A stretch of DNA of 64,000 nucleotides from Vicinamibacterales bacterium (GCA_040081265.1 JBEBGV010000001.1:200559-264558); one strand, 5' to 3'. Positions 18,094-28,390 are shown, numbered from the stretch's first letter. Numbers and translations: made by a program. Notes: generated from the sequence alone by a model not told the origin.

Positions 18094-19407
18094 GTGACTT
18101 CTCCAGCGAACATTGCTCCCGCACGCGGCAAACTGGGCGTGCTGCTCGTAGGTCTCGGCGCCGTCGCGACCACCACCATTGCCGGCGTCATGGCGATCCG
18201 CAAGGGCCTCGCCTCGCCGATTGGCTCGCTCACCCAGATGGGCACCATTCGCCTCGGTAAGCGAAGCGAAGGCCGCTCTCCCAAGATCAAGGACTTCATC
18301 TCGCTGGCCGACCTGAACGACATCGTGTTCGGCGGCTGGGACATCTTCGAAGACGACTGCTACGCGGCAGCCAGAACCGCCGGCGTACTCGAGCCGGCCC
18401 AGCTCGACCAGATTCGCGCCGAGCTCGAAGCCATCCGGCCGATGCCGGCTGTTTTCGACCAGCGTTACGTCAAGCGGCTGCAGGGGCCCAACGTCAAGAA
18501 GGGCAAGAACAAGATGGACCTGGCCGAGCAGGTCATTGCCGATATCCGAGCCTTCAAGGCGAAGCACGGCTGCGACCGGCTCGTGATGGTGTGGACCGGC
18601 AGTACGGAAGTCTTCATGAAGGAAGGCCCCGTGCACGCGACGATCGCCTCCTTTGAGAAGGGGCTCGAGGCCAGTGACGACGCCATTCCATCGAGCATGG
18701 TGTACGCCTACGCTGCGCTGCGCGAGGGGATTCCATTTGCGAACGCGGCGCCGAACCTGACCGCCGATGTACCGGCGATGCTGCAGCTGGCGGCGAAGAA
18801 CGGTTCGCCGCTGGCCGGCAACGACATGAAGACGGGCCAGACGCTCATCAAGACCGTCATTGCCCCCGGTCTCAAGGCCCGCCTGCTCGGGGTCAAGGGC
18901 TGGTACTCGACCAATATTCTCGGCAACCGCGACGGCGAAGTCCTCGACGATCCGGAATCGTTCAAGACCAAGGAAGAGAGCAAGAAATCGGCGCTGGACT
19001 ACATTTTCCAGCCCCACCTCTACCCGGAGTTGTATGGCGATCTCACCCACGTGGTACGTATCAACTACTACCCGCCGCGTGGTGACAACAAGGAAGGCTG
19101 GGACAACATCGATCTGATCGGGTGGCTTGGCTATCCGATGCAGCTGAAGATCAACTTCCTGTGCCGCGACAGCATCCTGGCTGCGCCGATCGTGCTCGAT
19201 ACCGCGCTCTTCCTCGACCTGGCCCGGCGCGCTGGCCTGTCCGGCATTCAGGAATGGCTGTCGTTCTACTACAAGGCGCCGATGCACGCCCCGGAGGTCT
19301 ATCCGGAGCACGACCTCTTCATTCAGCTCATGAAGTTGAAGAACACGCTGCGCTATCTGCAGGGTGAGGAACTCATCACCCACCTCGGTCGCGAGTACTA
19401 CGACTGA
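18094..19407 (+). CDS. ino1: myo-Inositol-1-phosphate (inositol-3-phosphate) synthase
   Basis: 437 aa with a GTG start. GVLLVGLGAVATT Rossmann N-terminus, NILGNRDGEVLDDPESFKTKEESKKS, and GWDNIDL motifs typical of MIPS. Confidence 0.9.
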   Translation: MTSPANIAPARGKLGVLLVGLGAVATTTIAGVMAIRKGLASPIGSLTQMGTIRLGKRSEGRSPKIKDFISLADLNDIVFGGWDIFEDDCYAAARTAGVLEPAQLDQIRAELEAIRPMPAVFDQRYVKRLQGPNVKKGKNKMDLAEQVIADIRAFKAKHGCDRLVMVWTGSTEVFMKEGPVHATIASFEKGLEASDDAIPSSMVYAYAALREGIPFANAAPNLTADVPAMLQLAAKNGSPLAGNDMKTGQTLIKTVIAPGLKARLLGVKGWYSTNILGNRDGEVLDDPESFKTKEESKKSALDYIFQPHLYPELYGDLTHVVRINYYPPRGDNKEGWDNIDLIGWLGYPMQLKINFLCRDSILAAPIVLDTALFLDLARRAGLSGIQEWLSFYYKAPMHAPEVYPEHDLFIQLMKLKNTLRYLQGEELITHLGREYYD

Positions 19408-19434
19408 GTCGGTATCACACGCCTGGGCAGCGCA

Positions 19435-19923
19435 ATGCTTGTGCCGGCACTCCTCGGCGGCCTGTTTGTGGGGGTGCTTTCCGCGCTCCCGTTCGTCAGC
19501 GTCGCCAACTGCTGCTGCATCTGGATCTTCACGGGCGGTCTGTTGTCAGCGTGGCTGCTGCAGCAGAATGAGCAGCAGCCGATAGGCGCAGGCCGCGGCG
19601 CGTTCGCCGGGTTCTCGGCTGGAGCGATCGGCGCCTTCGTCTGGCTCATCGTGACGGTGGCGCTCGATCCCATCGTCGCGCCATTCCAACAGCAGATGCT
19701 GGCGAGCCTCGCACCCAATGCGAGCGACCTGCCCCCTGAAGTGCAGTCGGCGTTCGAGTCGCTGTCGGAGCCCGGGTCTGCCGCCGTTCGGTTTGCGGTT
19801 GGCTTTGTTGCGCAGGGATTCACCGGCGCCGTCTTTTCGACGCTCGGCGGCCTCGTCGGCAGCAACATCTTCCGCCCCCCGAACGCGCCAGTCACTCCAC
19901 CGCCACTGCCGCCGGTTTCGTGA
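19435..19923 (+). CDS. Small polytopic membrane protein (hypothetical)
   Basis: 162 aa, 27 nt after ino1. About four hydrophobic helices, a VANCCCIW motif and a Pro-rich tail. Confidence 0.45.
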   Translation: MLVPALLGGLFVGVLSALPFVSVANCCCIWIFTGGLLSAWLLQQNEQQPIGAGRGAFAGFSAGAIGAFVWLIVTVALDPIVAPFQQQMLASLAPNASDLPPEVQSAFESLSEPGSAAVRFAVGFVAQGFTGAVFSTLGGLVGSNIFRPPNAPVTPPPLPPVS

Positions 19924-19999
19924 ACGCTGCTGGCATCCGCGCAGCGTTCGCCGTTGCACCGTTGGGATCCGATTCGTCTGCCCGTGCACTCCGGCACCG

Positions 20000-21298
20000 A
20001 TGAAGAAGCCGCTGTCTGACCGTCGCCCGTGGCTGGCGGTGGCGCGGGCGTATGGTCGAGCATTCTGGACCCGCAACCATCTGCCGCCGGGCGATCTCGT
20101 TGACATCGACGAACAGGAACGCCGACGGCGAACGATGCTCCTCGACCGCGCCGCGCGCTACGGTCCTGTGTTCAAAGGGCTGATGGAGCGCCGGCTGACG
20201 GTCTGCGTGGTCGGTCACGAGCGGGGTCGGCGGTTACTCAAGGACCACGCAGCGGATCTTCGCCCGGTGACGATTCAGCTCGAGTCGTTGTTTCCCAACG
20301 GCTTCATGCGTGGGATGCAGGGCGAGGTCCACCGTGACTATCGCAGAGCCCTGGTACACGGGATCGGTGCGCTTGATTTCGATGTCCTGACGCCACGAAT
20401 CGAGGGGTGCGCCGACGCGGCGCTGGCGGCCTATGCGGACGCTCCGGCACCAGCCTCGCCTCAGGCCTGGGCGGGCACGCTGGCCCAGATCGCCGCCAGT
20501 GCACTGATCACGATCTTCTTCGGACCTGACCCCGCCCATCCAGCGCACGCACGCCTCCTTGCCGCCTACCATCGGCTCGGACCGCATGGTGTCGTGTGGA
20601 CCATCTCAACGCGCCAGGTCGAGGCGTATCAGGCGCTGTGCGCAGAACTCGCTGCCCTTGACGTTGACGCCGGTGGTTTGCTGGGCCACCTGCGGGCACA
20701 GGGCAACGTGGATGACACGCTGCTCGGCAACCTGGTGTACATGGTGGAACTGGGCCGCTATGACTTGCGTGGTCTGCTGCGCTGGATCTCGCGTTATGCC
20801 GCAGACCATCCCGCCTGGCTCGAGCGTATCGCGATGGAGGCCGCAGGCCATGCTGGTGCGGTCAGCGGGAAGTCCGTCGCAGAAGCGTTCGTACTCGAGA
20901 CGCTGCGCATGGACCAGAGCGAACGGTTGATGCGTGACGTTCGGCGCGAGTTCGTCTTCGACGGGTGGCTGGTTCCCCGGGGTTCGTTGGTGCGGGTGTG
21001 CATGTGGGAAGCACACAAAGAGCCACAGTCCTTTCGGCAGCCGTTCGTGTTCGACCCGGCGCGATTTCTTGGTGACGGCCTTGCGACAGACCGATTTTCG
21101 CCATTCGGCCTCGATCATCACCACTGCCCGCTGGCCGGCCCGTCGGTTGAAGTCGCGGTCGCCTTCCTGCGCGCGCTGGCGCGCAATTACGTTGTCGACG
21201 GTCGCAATTTCGAACCGGCCGTGCGCGGACCCTATCACTGGGAGCCATCCACGAAGTTCGAAGTCACCTTGAAGCGCAACGGCGGGTCGGCTCATTGA
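20000..21298 (+). CDS. Cytochrome P450 (divergent)
   Basis: ORF 19718..21298 trimmed to MKKPLSD (ATG 20000). ExxR (ETLR), FDPARF, and Cys-ligand loop FSPFGLDHHHCPLAG. Confidence 0.8.
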   Translation: MKKPLSDRRPWLAVARAYGRAFWTRNHLPPGDLVDIDEQERRRRTMLLDRAARYGPVFKGLMERRLTVCVVGHERGRRLLKDHAADLRPVTIQLESLFPNGFMRGMQGEVHRDYRRALVHGIGALDFDVLTPRIEGCADAALAAYADAPAPASPQAWAGTLAQIAASALITIFFGPDPAHPAHARLLAAYHRLGPHGVVWTISTRQVEAYQALCAELAALDVDAGGLLGHLRAQGNVDDTLLGNLVYMVELGRYDLRGLLRWISRYAADHPAWLERIAMEAAGHAGAVSGKSVAEAFVLETLRMDQSERLMRDVRREFVFDGWLVPRGSLVRVCMWEAHKEPQSFRQPFVFDPARFLGDGLATDRFSPFGLDHHHCPLAGPSVEVAVAFLRALARNYVVDGRNFEPAVRGPYHWEPSTKFEVTLKRNGGSAH

Positions 21299-23955
21299 AC
21301 GAACGTCCGGACCACATCGTCGCCTGCTTTGCGGAACGAGTCGCAGAGGCGCCTGGGGCCGTGGCGGTCGTGGACGAGGACGGTGCCACCTCGTACGCCG
21401 CACTCGCCGCGCGCGCCGACGCCGTGGCTCGACACCTGCTCTCGGAAGGGCTCGTAGCCGGACAGCCGGTGGGCGTCTGGATGCGCCGCCGCGCCGAGCT
21501 GGTGGCCGTCCTGCTGGGCGTGATGAAGGCCGGGGGCGCTTATGTGCCCTGCGATCCCGAGGATCCGCCCGACCGCGTGCGCCGCATGCTCGACTCATGC
21601 GGCAGCGCGCTCGTCGTCGGCGATCCAGCGCTGCTGGAGGCATTGCAGGCGGAGTGCGTCACAGCCGCCGGTACCTCGCCGCGCGGGCTCGACCCGGACA
21701 CCATCCCCGCGCTTCCTGTCGGCGTCGCACCGGTGCTCTGTGCCGAAGGAGGCTCGCGGCTCGCCTATCTACTGTTCACGTCGGGCAGCACCGGTGATCC
21801 GAAAGCCGTCGAGGTCGAGCACCGGCAGGTGCTGGCGCTGCTGCGATCGGCGTGCGAGCTGCTGGGATTCGGTCCTCGTGACCGCTATCTGGCCGCGTCG
21901 ACTATTGCCTTCGACGCCTCGATTACCGAGTTGTTCCTGCCCCTGGTCACGGGCGCCAGCCTGTTGCTGCGTGACCGAGGCATCCTGTTGGAGCCACGAC
22001 GCCTCGCCCAGGAGGTGCGCGATTGCGGCGTGACCGTGGTGCAGACGGGACCCTCGGTGTGGTCCGTCATACTGGCCGAGGTACCCGACTTTCCGCGCGT
22101 GCGTGTCGCGATCACGCACGGCGAGGCGGTATCGCCAGAGCTGGCGCGACGCTTGTGCACATACGGAGAGGAGGTCTGGAACCTCTACGGTCCCACTGAA
22201 ACGACCGTGTGGGCGACGGGTTTCCGGCTCTCACCCGACGCCGGTGCGACGCTGTCACCGATGTCGGCGCCCATCGGACGGCCGCTGGCTCATGTGCGCG
22301 CCCACGTCGTCGATGAGCACGGCAAAGCCGTTCCAGACGGGACCGAAGGGGAGTTGTGGCTCGGCGGGCCGAGCGTCGCGCGCGGTTACCGCGACAACGA
22401 TGCACTGACGCGTGAGCGCTTCGTCGAGTTCGGCGGGGAGCGTGTGTACCGCAGCGGTGATGTCGTCGTCCGCGACGTCCACGGCGTCCTGCACTACTTC
22501 GGCCGCAACGACGACCAGATGAAGGTGCGCGGCATTCGTGTCGAGCCGAGCGAGGTCGAGGCCGCGATCCTGCGCGACTCGCGGGTGGCGCACGCAGCGG
22601 CAACCTGGTTTCCGACACCGGGCGGCACCAGGGCCATCGTGGCCGCGGTGGTGCTTCGCCCCGGCGTAACCTGTCGAGCGAAAGACCTGCACGAGAATCT
22701 GGCGACGCGCCTGCCCGCACCGATGATCCCGGCACGGTTCGTGTTCTTGACCGACCTGCCGTTGACGACCAGCGGCAAAGTAGATCGCAAGGCTATCAGG
22801 CAGCGTGCAAGCGCTTCCGGAGGAGAGGCGACGCCCGGACTGTCGAACGAAGGGACTCAGCAGCAGCCACCAAGCCGCATACTGACCGGCACCGAGCGTG
22901 TAGTGAGTGGCGTATGGCGGCGTCTGCTCGGCGTGGAATCAGTCGAGGCCGACGATCACTTCTTCACGGTCGGTGGTGATTCGCTGACCGCGGTGCAGAT
23001 GATGGTCGAGCTCGAAGGGCGGTTTGGTCTCGTTCTGCCCGTTCACCTCGCGTTTGAGGCGCCGACCCTTGAAACTCTGTCCGCGCGCATCGACGCTCAG
23101 CTCGAGCTGAGTGACGACGAAATCATCAATGACTTCGTCTATCCGCTGGTGCCTTCCGGAAGTGGTCCGCCGATGTTTTTCAGCGGCGTCGACTTGTCAC
23201 TGGCGCGTCGCGGACTCTGGACGGTGCCCTGCCCGTTGTTCGCGATCACGAACTGGGCAAAAGGCAGTGGATTCGTCCGCATGAAGTCGATCGAGGGCGT
23301 GGCGGCATCGCACCTGGCGCGCGTTCGCGGTGTCCAGCCGCATGGGCCGTATCGGTTTGGCGGTTACTCGCTCGGCGGGTTGATCGCGCTAGAGATGGCG
23401 CACCAGGTACGCGCCGCCGGTGAAGAGGTCGAGTTGCTGTTTCTGCTCGACCCGATGGCCCCGCTCGCTGTGGTCACGCCGGGCGCTGAACGCGCGCCGG
23501 CGCTCACGCGTCCCTCACTGGCGTTCCGGGTCGCCCGTCGAGTGTCGCGAGTGGCGAAGGGGCCAGGAGCTGCAGGATGGCCGCGCTGGTTTGGGTTGAT
23601 GGCACCTGTCCATCTGAGCGAGATCGTCGGGTGGTACCGTTATCTGGCGGTTCACTATTATCTGCGACACCCGAACCCGGTCTGGCGTGCACTCTTCCCA
23701 GCCAACCGCTGGCGGGCGTTCTGGGTCGCCGCACGACGGATGGTCTGGTGGTATTCGGCGCGCCCGTACGACGGTCGTGTGCTGGCGGTGTTCTGTGAGC
23801 AGGGCGAGCGTGGGCAGGTATGGGAATCCCTGCTCGGAAAGGAAGCTACGCGGCTCTCGCTGGACGCTCCCCACCTGGAGTTGTTCCAGGAACCGGCAAT
23901 CGGTCAATGGATGAAGTGGTTGTCCGAGTTCGTCACCGATCACGGCGTGCAATAG
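21295..23955 (+). CDS. Stand-alone NRPS module: adenylation, thiolation (PCP) and thioesterase domains
   Basis: TTG start overlapping the P450 TGA (TTGA). A-domain cores: MKAGGAYVPCDP, LLFTSGSTGDPKAV, FDASITE, NLYGPTETT, GELWLGGPSVARGY, YRSGDVV, GRNDDQMKVRGIRVEPSEVE, SGKVDRKAI. PCP: FFTVGGDSLTAVQM. TE: GYSLGG...LDP...APHLELF. There is no C domain. Confidence 0.9.
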   Translation: MNERPDHIVACFAERVAEAPGAVAVVDEDGATSYAALAARADAVARHLLSEGLVAGQPVGVWMRRRAELVAVLLGVMKAGGAYVPCDPEDPPDRVRRMLDSCGSALVVGDPALLEALQAECVTAAGTSPRGLDPDTIPALPVGVAPVLCAEGGSRLAYLLFTSGSTGDPKAVEVEHRQVLALLRSACELLGFGPRDRYLAASTIAFDASITELFLPLVTGASLLLRDRGILLEPRRLAQEVRDCGVTVVQTGPSVWSVILAEVPDFPRVRVAITHGEAVSPELARRLCTYGEEVWNLYGPTETTVWATGFRLSPDAGATLSPMSAPIGRPLAHVRAHVVDEHGKAVPDGTEGELWLGGPSVARGYRDNDALTRERFVEFGGERVYRSGDVVVRDVHGVLHYFGRNDDQMKVRGIRVEPSEVEAAILRDSRVAHAAATWFPTPGGTRAIVAAVVLRPGVTCRAKDLHENLATRLPAPMIPARFVFLTDLPLTTSGKVDRKAIRQRASASGGEATPGLSNEGTQQQPPSRILTGTERVVSGVWRRLLGVESVEADDHFFTVGGDSLTAVQMMVELEGRFGLVLPVHLAFEAPTLETLSARIDAQLELSDDEIINDFVYPLVPSGSGPPMFFSGVDLSLARRGLWTVPCPLFAITNWAKGSGFVRMKSIEGVAASHLARVRGVQPHGPYRFGGYSLGGLIALEMAHQVRAAGEEVELLFLLDPMAPLAVVTPGAERAPALTRPSLAFRVARRVSRVAKGPGAAGWPRWFGLMAPVHLSEIVGWYRYLAVHYYLRHPNPVWRALFPANRWRAFWVAARRMVWWYSARPYDGRVLAVFCEQGERGQVWESLLGKEATRLSLDAPHLELFQEPAIGQWMKWLSEFVTDHGVQ

Positions 23956-23976
23956 CCCGTTGTATGCTGTCGGCTC

Positions 23977-25941
23977 ATGGCCGACCCGAAGCCCCCCGTT
24001 GAGATCGCAGATCTTCTTCAGGAAGATCGACGTTTTCCCCCTCCCGGCGAATTCACGGCGCACGCAACGATCAACGATGCGAGTGTCTATGATCGCGCCG
24101 ACCGCGACCCCGAAGGCTTCTGGGCCGGCTTCGCGGCGGAACTCGAGTGGTCCACCCCGTGGACGCAAGTGCTCGACTGGAAACCTCCGCATGCGAAGTG
24201 GTTTGTCGGCGGCAAGCTCAACGCGTCGGTCAACTGCGTCGATCGCCACGTCCGCGGCCCGCGCCGGAACAAGGCGGCCATCATCTGGGAAGGCGAGCCA
24301 GGCGAGCGGCGCACGCTCACGTACTTCGATCTCTATCGTGAAGTCAGCCAGTTCGCCAATGCATTGAAGTCGCTCGGGGTGAAGCGCGGCGACCGTGTCG
24401 CGCTGTACCTGCCCCTCATTCCCGAGCTCGCCATTGCGATGCTCGCCTGCGCACGCATCGGGGCGGTGCACTCGGTCGTCTTTGGCGGCTTCAGCTCAGA
24501 GTCGCTGCGCGACCGCATCAACGATTCCCACTGCACGCTGCTTGTGACAGCCGACGGTGGATGGAGGCGGGGACAGGTTGTTCCGCTCAAGCAGATGGCC
24601 GACGAGGCCCTGAAGGACACGCCTTCGATCAGGAACGTCGTGGTCGTCCAGCGGCTGCACGGCATGCCGTCCCAGGTACACATCAAGGAGGGCCGCGACC
24701 ACTGGTATCACCGTCTGATGCAGGACGCATCCTTCGACTGCGCGCCGGAAGCGATGGACGCGGAGGACATGCTCTATATCCTCTACACGTCGGGCACGAC
24801 GGGAAAACCGAAAGGCATCGTACACACGACCGGCGGATACATGGTCGGGACCTATGCGACCACCAAGTGGGTCTTCGACCTGAAGGACGAAGACGTCTAC
24901 TGGTGCACGGCGGATCTTGGATGGGTCACCGGGCACAGCTACGTCGTCTATGGCCCGCTGGCCAACGGTGCGACGGTGTTGATGTACGAAGGCGCGCCAG
25001 ACTGGCCAGACAAGGGGCGATTCTGGCAGATCATCGAGCGCTACGGCGTGACGGTGTTTTACACTGCGCCCACCGCCATTCGTGCGTTCATGCGCTGGGG
25101 AACGCAGTGGCCGGAAGCGCGCAACCTGTCGAGTCTGCGCCTGCTCGGCTCGGTCGGCGAGCCGATCAATCCGGAAGCCTGGGTCTGGTATCACCGATAC
25201 ATCGGCGGTGAACGTTGCCCGGTTGTCGACACGTGGTGGCAAACCGAGACGGGTGCGATCATGATCAGCCCGCTTCCGGGCATCACCAGCACGGCGCCGG
25301 GATCGGCCACGCGTCCGTTCCCCGGCATCAAGGCCGAGATCAAGAACGACAAGGGCGATTCGCTGTCCTCGGGGGGCGGACTCCTGGCGATCACGCGGCC
25401 GTGGCCGTCGATGCTTCGCGGTATCTACGGCGATCCTGAGCGTTACGTGACGCAGTACTGGAGTCGATGGACCCCGGATATCTACTTCACGGGCGATGGG
25501 GCGAAGCTGGATCAGGACGGCTTCTTCTGGCTCCTTGGCCGTGTCGACGACGTGCTGAACGTTGCCGGGCACCGCATCGGAACCATGGAGGTCGAGAGCG
25601 CGCTGGTCGATCATCCGCGCGTGGCGGAGGCTGCCGTGGTGGGACGGCCGCACGAAATCAAGGGTCAGGCAGTGGCTGCATTCGTCACGGTCAAGGAAGG
25701 CACGGTGGTGTCGGAGTTGCTGGTCGCCGAACTCAAGGAGCACGTCGTCAAGAAGATCGGTGCCATCGCGCGTCCTGACGACATCATCTTTGCGGCTGAC
25801 CTGCCCAAGACCCGGTCCGGCAAGATCATGCGTCGATTATTGCGTGACATCGCCGAAGGCAAGGCCCTGGGCGACACCACGACGCTGGCCGACCCTGCGG
25901 TTGTGGCGCGGTTGAAGGAGCAGTACCAGGACGAGCATTAG
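23977..25941 (+). CDS. acs: Acetyl-CoA synthetase (acetate--CoA ligase)
   Basis: 654 aa. [25 protein letters not shown], and a canonical Acs N-terminal region. Confidence 0.95.
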   Translation: MADPKPPVEIADLLQEDRRFPPPGEFTAHATINDASVYDRADRDPEGFWAGFAAELEWSTPWTQVLDWKPPHAKWFVGGKLNASVNCVDRHVRGPRRNKAAIIWEGEPGERRTLTYFDLYREVSQFANALKSLGVKRGDRVALYLPLIPELAIAMLACARIGAVHSVVFGGFSSESLRDRINDSHCTLLVTADGGWRRGQVVPLKQMADEALKDTPSIRNVVVVQRLHGMPSQVHIKEGRDHWYHRLMQDASFDCAPEAMDAEDMLYILYTSGTTGKPKGIVHTTGGYMVGTYATTKWVFDLKDEDVYWCTADLGWVTGHSYVVYGPLANGATVLMYEGAPDWPDKGRFWQIIERYGVTVFYTAPTAIRAFMRWGTQWPEARNLSSLRLLGSVGEPINPEAWVWYHRYIGGERCPVVDTWWQTETGAIMISPLPGITSTAPGSATRPFPGIKAEIKNDKGDSLSSGGGLLAITRPWPSMLRGIYGDPERYVTQYWSRWTPDIYFTGDGAKLDQDGFFWLLGRVDDVLNVAGHRIGTMEVESALVDHPRVAEAAVVGRPHEIKGQAVAAFVTVKEGTVVSELLVAELKEHVVKKIGAIARPDDIIFAADLPKTRSGKIMRRLLRDIAEGKALGDTTTLADPAVVARLKEQYQDEH

Positions 25942-25977
25942 GGAACGATCGGTACGGAGGGTTCGTAGAGGGTAGCC

Positions 25978-26664
25978 ATGGCACTGATCGAGACGCGGGA
26001 CCTCTGGAAGACCTATACGATGGGCTCTGAAGAGATTCACGCCCTGCGAGGGGTATCGATCGCCATCGAAAGTGGGGAGTACGTGGCGATCATGGGGCCC
26101 TCAGGCTCTGGCAAGTCGACCCTGATGAATCTGATTGGGTGCCTCGATACGCCGAGCCGGGGGAGCTACCTGCTGAACGGCAAGCAGGTCAGCGAGATGA
26201 ACGACAACGAACTGGCGCGGATTCGGAACGAGGAGATCGGGTTCGTGTTCCAGACCTTCAATCTCCTGCCGAGGGCGTCAGCACTGCACAACGTCGAGTT
26301 GCCGCTCATCTATGCCGGCGTGTCGAGCCGTGAGCGGGCGCAGCGGGCGAAAGAGGCACTCGAGCGCGTCGAACTGGGCGAGCGCGTGAATCACAAGCCC
26401 AACGAATTGTCGGGCGGTCAGCGTCAGCGTGTCGCCATCGCTCGTGCACTGGTCAACAACCCGTCCATCCTTCTGGCCGACGAGCCTACTGGAAACCTCG
26501 ACTCGAAGACCGGCAACGAAATCATGGCGCTCTTCGCTCGACTCCACTCTGCCGGGAACACAATCATCGTCGTGACCCATGAGCCCGACATCGCGGCCCT
26601 GGCGCACCGCGCCGTCTATATCCGCGACGGGCAGGTCGAAAAGGACGTCCGCCAGGCGGCCTGA
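25978..26664 (+). CDS. ABC transporter ATP-binding protein, MacB/LolD/FtsE-like, with no adjacent permease
   Basis: Walker [10 protein letters not shown], signature LSGGQRQR, Walker B ILLADEPT. Confidence 0.9.
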   Translation: MALIETRDLWKTYTMGSEEIHALRGVSIAIESGEYVAIMGPSGSGKSTLMNLIGCLDTPSRGSYLLNGKQVSEMNDNELARIRNEEIGFVFQTFNLLPRASALHNVELPLIYAGVSSRERAQRAKEALERVELGERVNHKPNELSGGQRQRVAIARALVNNPSILLADEPTGNLDSKTGNEIMALFARLHSAGNTIIVVTHEPDIAALAHRAVYIRDGQVEKDVRQAA

Positions 26665-26707
26665 GCCCAGACTGGATGCAGGCCCGGTCCGCAGGAGCCG
26701 GCGTTCG

Positions 26708-27586
26708 TTACACCGCCGCCCAGTGTCCAGGCTCCACTTCTCGTAACCCCGCGTCGGGATCGAAGGAGGACATGTCCAGCGTCCGCCGCGTCCGCCGCGC
26801 GTCCGGGTCGAGCGTTGGCACCGCGCTGAGCAGGGCCGTTGTGTACGGATGCGCGGGTGACGCGAAGATCGACGCGGTAGCACCCATCTCGACGATCCGG
26901 CCACGATACATGACCGCTACCCGCCCGCACACTTCCCGCACAAGCCGCAAGTCGTGCGCAATAAAGAGGAAGGTCAGGTTGAGCTGCTGTTGGAGTTCGA
27001 CCAGAAGCTCGACCACCTGCGCCTGGATCGACACGTCGAGGGCCGAGACCGCCTCGTCGGCAATGATCAACGCCGGGTTGAGTGCCAGGGCACGCGCGAT
27101 GCCGATGCGTTGACGCTGCCCGCCGCTGAACTGGTGTGGATATCGCGTGACGTGGTCGGACTCGAGTCCAACCAGACGAAGCAGGTCAGTGACACGAGCC
27201 CGCCGTTGCTCGGGTGACCCGACCTCGTGAATGACCAGTGGCTCCTCGATGATGTCGCCGACGCGCATGCGCGGGTTGAGCGAGGAATAAGGATCCTGAA
27301 ACACGATCTGCATGTCGCGTCGCAACGCGCGCATCCGTGACGGCGAACAGGCGACAACGTCCTCCCCACGGAAGAAGATCTCGCCTCCGGTCGGCTCAAC
27401 CAGTCGCAGGATGCAGCGACCGATGGTGCTCTTGCCGCTGCCCGACTCACCGACCAGTCCGAACATCTCACCCTCGGCGATCGCAAACGAGACGTCCTCG
27501 ACAGCGCGAACGATGGTCGGCGCTGTGAGGATCCCTCTCCTGCGCGTGAAGTGCCTGGTGAGACCGCGAACCTCGAGGAGCGGCAT
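26708..27586 (-). CDS. Oligopeptide/dipeptide-type ABC ATPase (OppF/DppF-like)
   Basis: ORF 26708..27694 trimmed to [26 protein letters not shown]-terminal PAHPYT motif. Confidence 0.85.
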   Translation of the reverse strand: MPLLEVRGLTRHFTRRRGILTAPTIVRAVEDVSFAIAEGEMFGLVGESGSGKSTIGRCILRLVEPTGGEIFFRGEDVVACSPSRMRALRRDMQIVFQDPYSSLNPRMRVGDIIEEPLVIHEVGSPEQRRARVTDLLRLVGLESDHVTRYPHQFSGGQRQRIGIARALALNPALIIADEAVSALDVSIQAQVVELLVELQQQLNLTFLFIAHDLRLVREVCGRVAVMYRGRIVEMGATASIFASPAHPYTTALLSAVPTLDPDARRTRRTLDMSSFDPDAGLREVEPGHWAAV

Positions 27587-27590
27587 CGAC

Positions 27591-28373
27591 TCAGCGCACT
27601 CCTGGAACGGCGGCGAGCAGACGACGCGTGTACGCGTGGGCGGGTTGTCGAAGAATCTGTCGGACCTCCCCTTCTTCGACCACCGCCCCGGCATACATCA
27701 CCACCACCCGATCGGCCATCTCGGCAATGACGCCAAAATCGTGCGTGATGAGCATCAACGCCAGGTTGAACTGGGCTTTCAGGTCCCGCAGCAGGTCAAG
27801 CACCTCGGCCTGGATGGTGACATCAAGGGCCGTCGTCGGCTCGTCGGCGATGATGAGCGACGGACGGCAGGCCAGGGCGACGGCGATCATGACCCGCTGG
27901 CGCATCCCGCCAGACAGCTGATGCGGGTAGTCACGCAACCGACTGGCTGCGTCCGGGATCCTCACGGCTTCGAACAGCTCTATTGCTCTGGCTCGAGCGA
28001 CCCGCCTGGTGGCGCCGTGCACGGTAAGTGCTTCGGCAATCTGGTCGCCGACACGCATCACCGGGTTGAGCGCCGTCATCGGCTCCTGAAAGATCAAGGC
28101 GATGCGCGATCCCCGCAGCCCCCTCATCTCCCGTTCTGGAAGTGCGAGCAGGTCCTGACCGTCGAAGGCAATCCGGCCGCTCTCGATGTGAGCAGCTGGC
28201 GGCAACAGTCGCATCACGGCGAGCGCGCTGATCGACTTGCCGCTACCGGACTCTCCGACAACGCCCAGCGTCTCGCCCGCTGATACGCTGAAGCTCACGT
28301 CCTCAACGGCGCGAACCTGTCCCCGTGACGTGGGGAACGTCACCGTCAGATGGTTGACCTCGAGTAGTGGCAT
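27591..28373 (-). CDS. Oligopeptide/dipeptide-type ABC ATPase (OppD/DppD-like)
   Basis: [33 protein letters not shown]. Its stop is 4 nt before the OppF-like ATG. Confidence 0.85.
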   Translation of the reverse strand: MPLLEVNHLTVTFPTSRGQVRAVEDVSFSVSAGETLGVVGESGSGKSISALAVMRLLPPAAHIESGRIAFDGQDLLALPEREMRGLRGSRIALIFQEPMTALNPVMRVGDQIAEALTVHGATRRVARARAIELFEAVRIPDAASRLRDYPHQLSGGMRQRVMIAVALACRPSLIIADEPTTALDVTIQAEVLDLLRDLKAQFNLALMLITHDFGVIAEMADRVVVMYAGAVVEEGEVRQILRQPAHAYTRRLLAAVPGVR

Positions 28374-28390
28374 GAGGGCGTCGGATCCCG

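Noticed and set aside
18061-19383. 440-aa ORF antisense to ino1
   Set aside because: It mirrors the ino1 frame almost end to end and has no recognisable domain. ino1 has unmistakable MIPS motifs.
19931-19945. TGGCAT-N5-CAGC upstream of the P450 gene, considered as a third sigma-54 promoter
   Set aside because: The -24 half is good but the -12 half (CAGC) is poor. This is too weak to call by eye in GC-rich DNA, so it is left for a PWM scan.
20606-21643. 345-aa Arg/Pro-rich minus-strand ORF across the P450/NRPS junction
   Set aside because: It is extreme Arg/Pro low complexity, antisense to two well-supported genes.
24496-25743. 415-aa ORF antisense to acs
   Set aside because: Shadow ORF. 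acs on the opposite strand is canonical over its full length.
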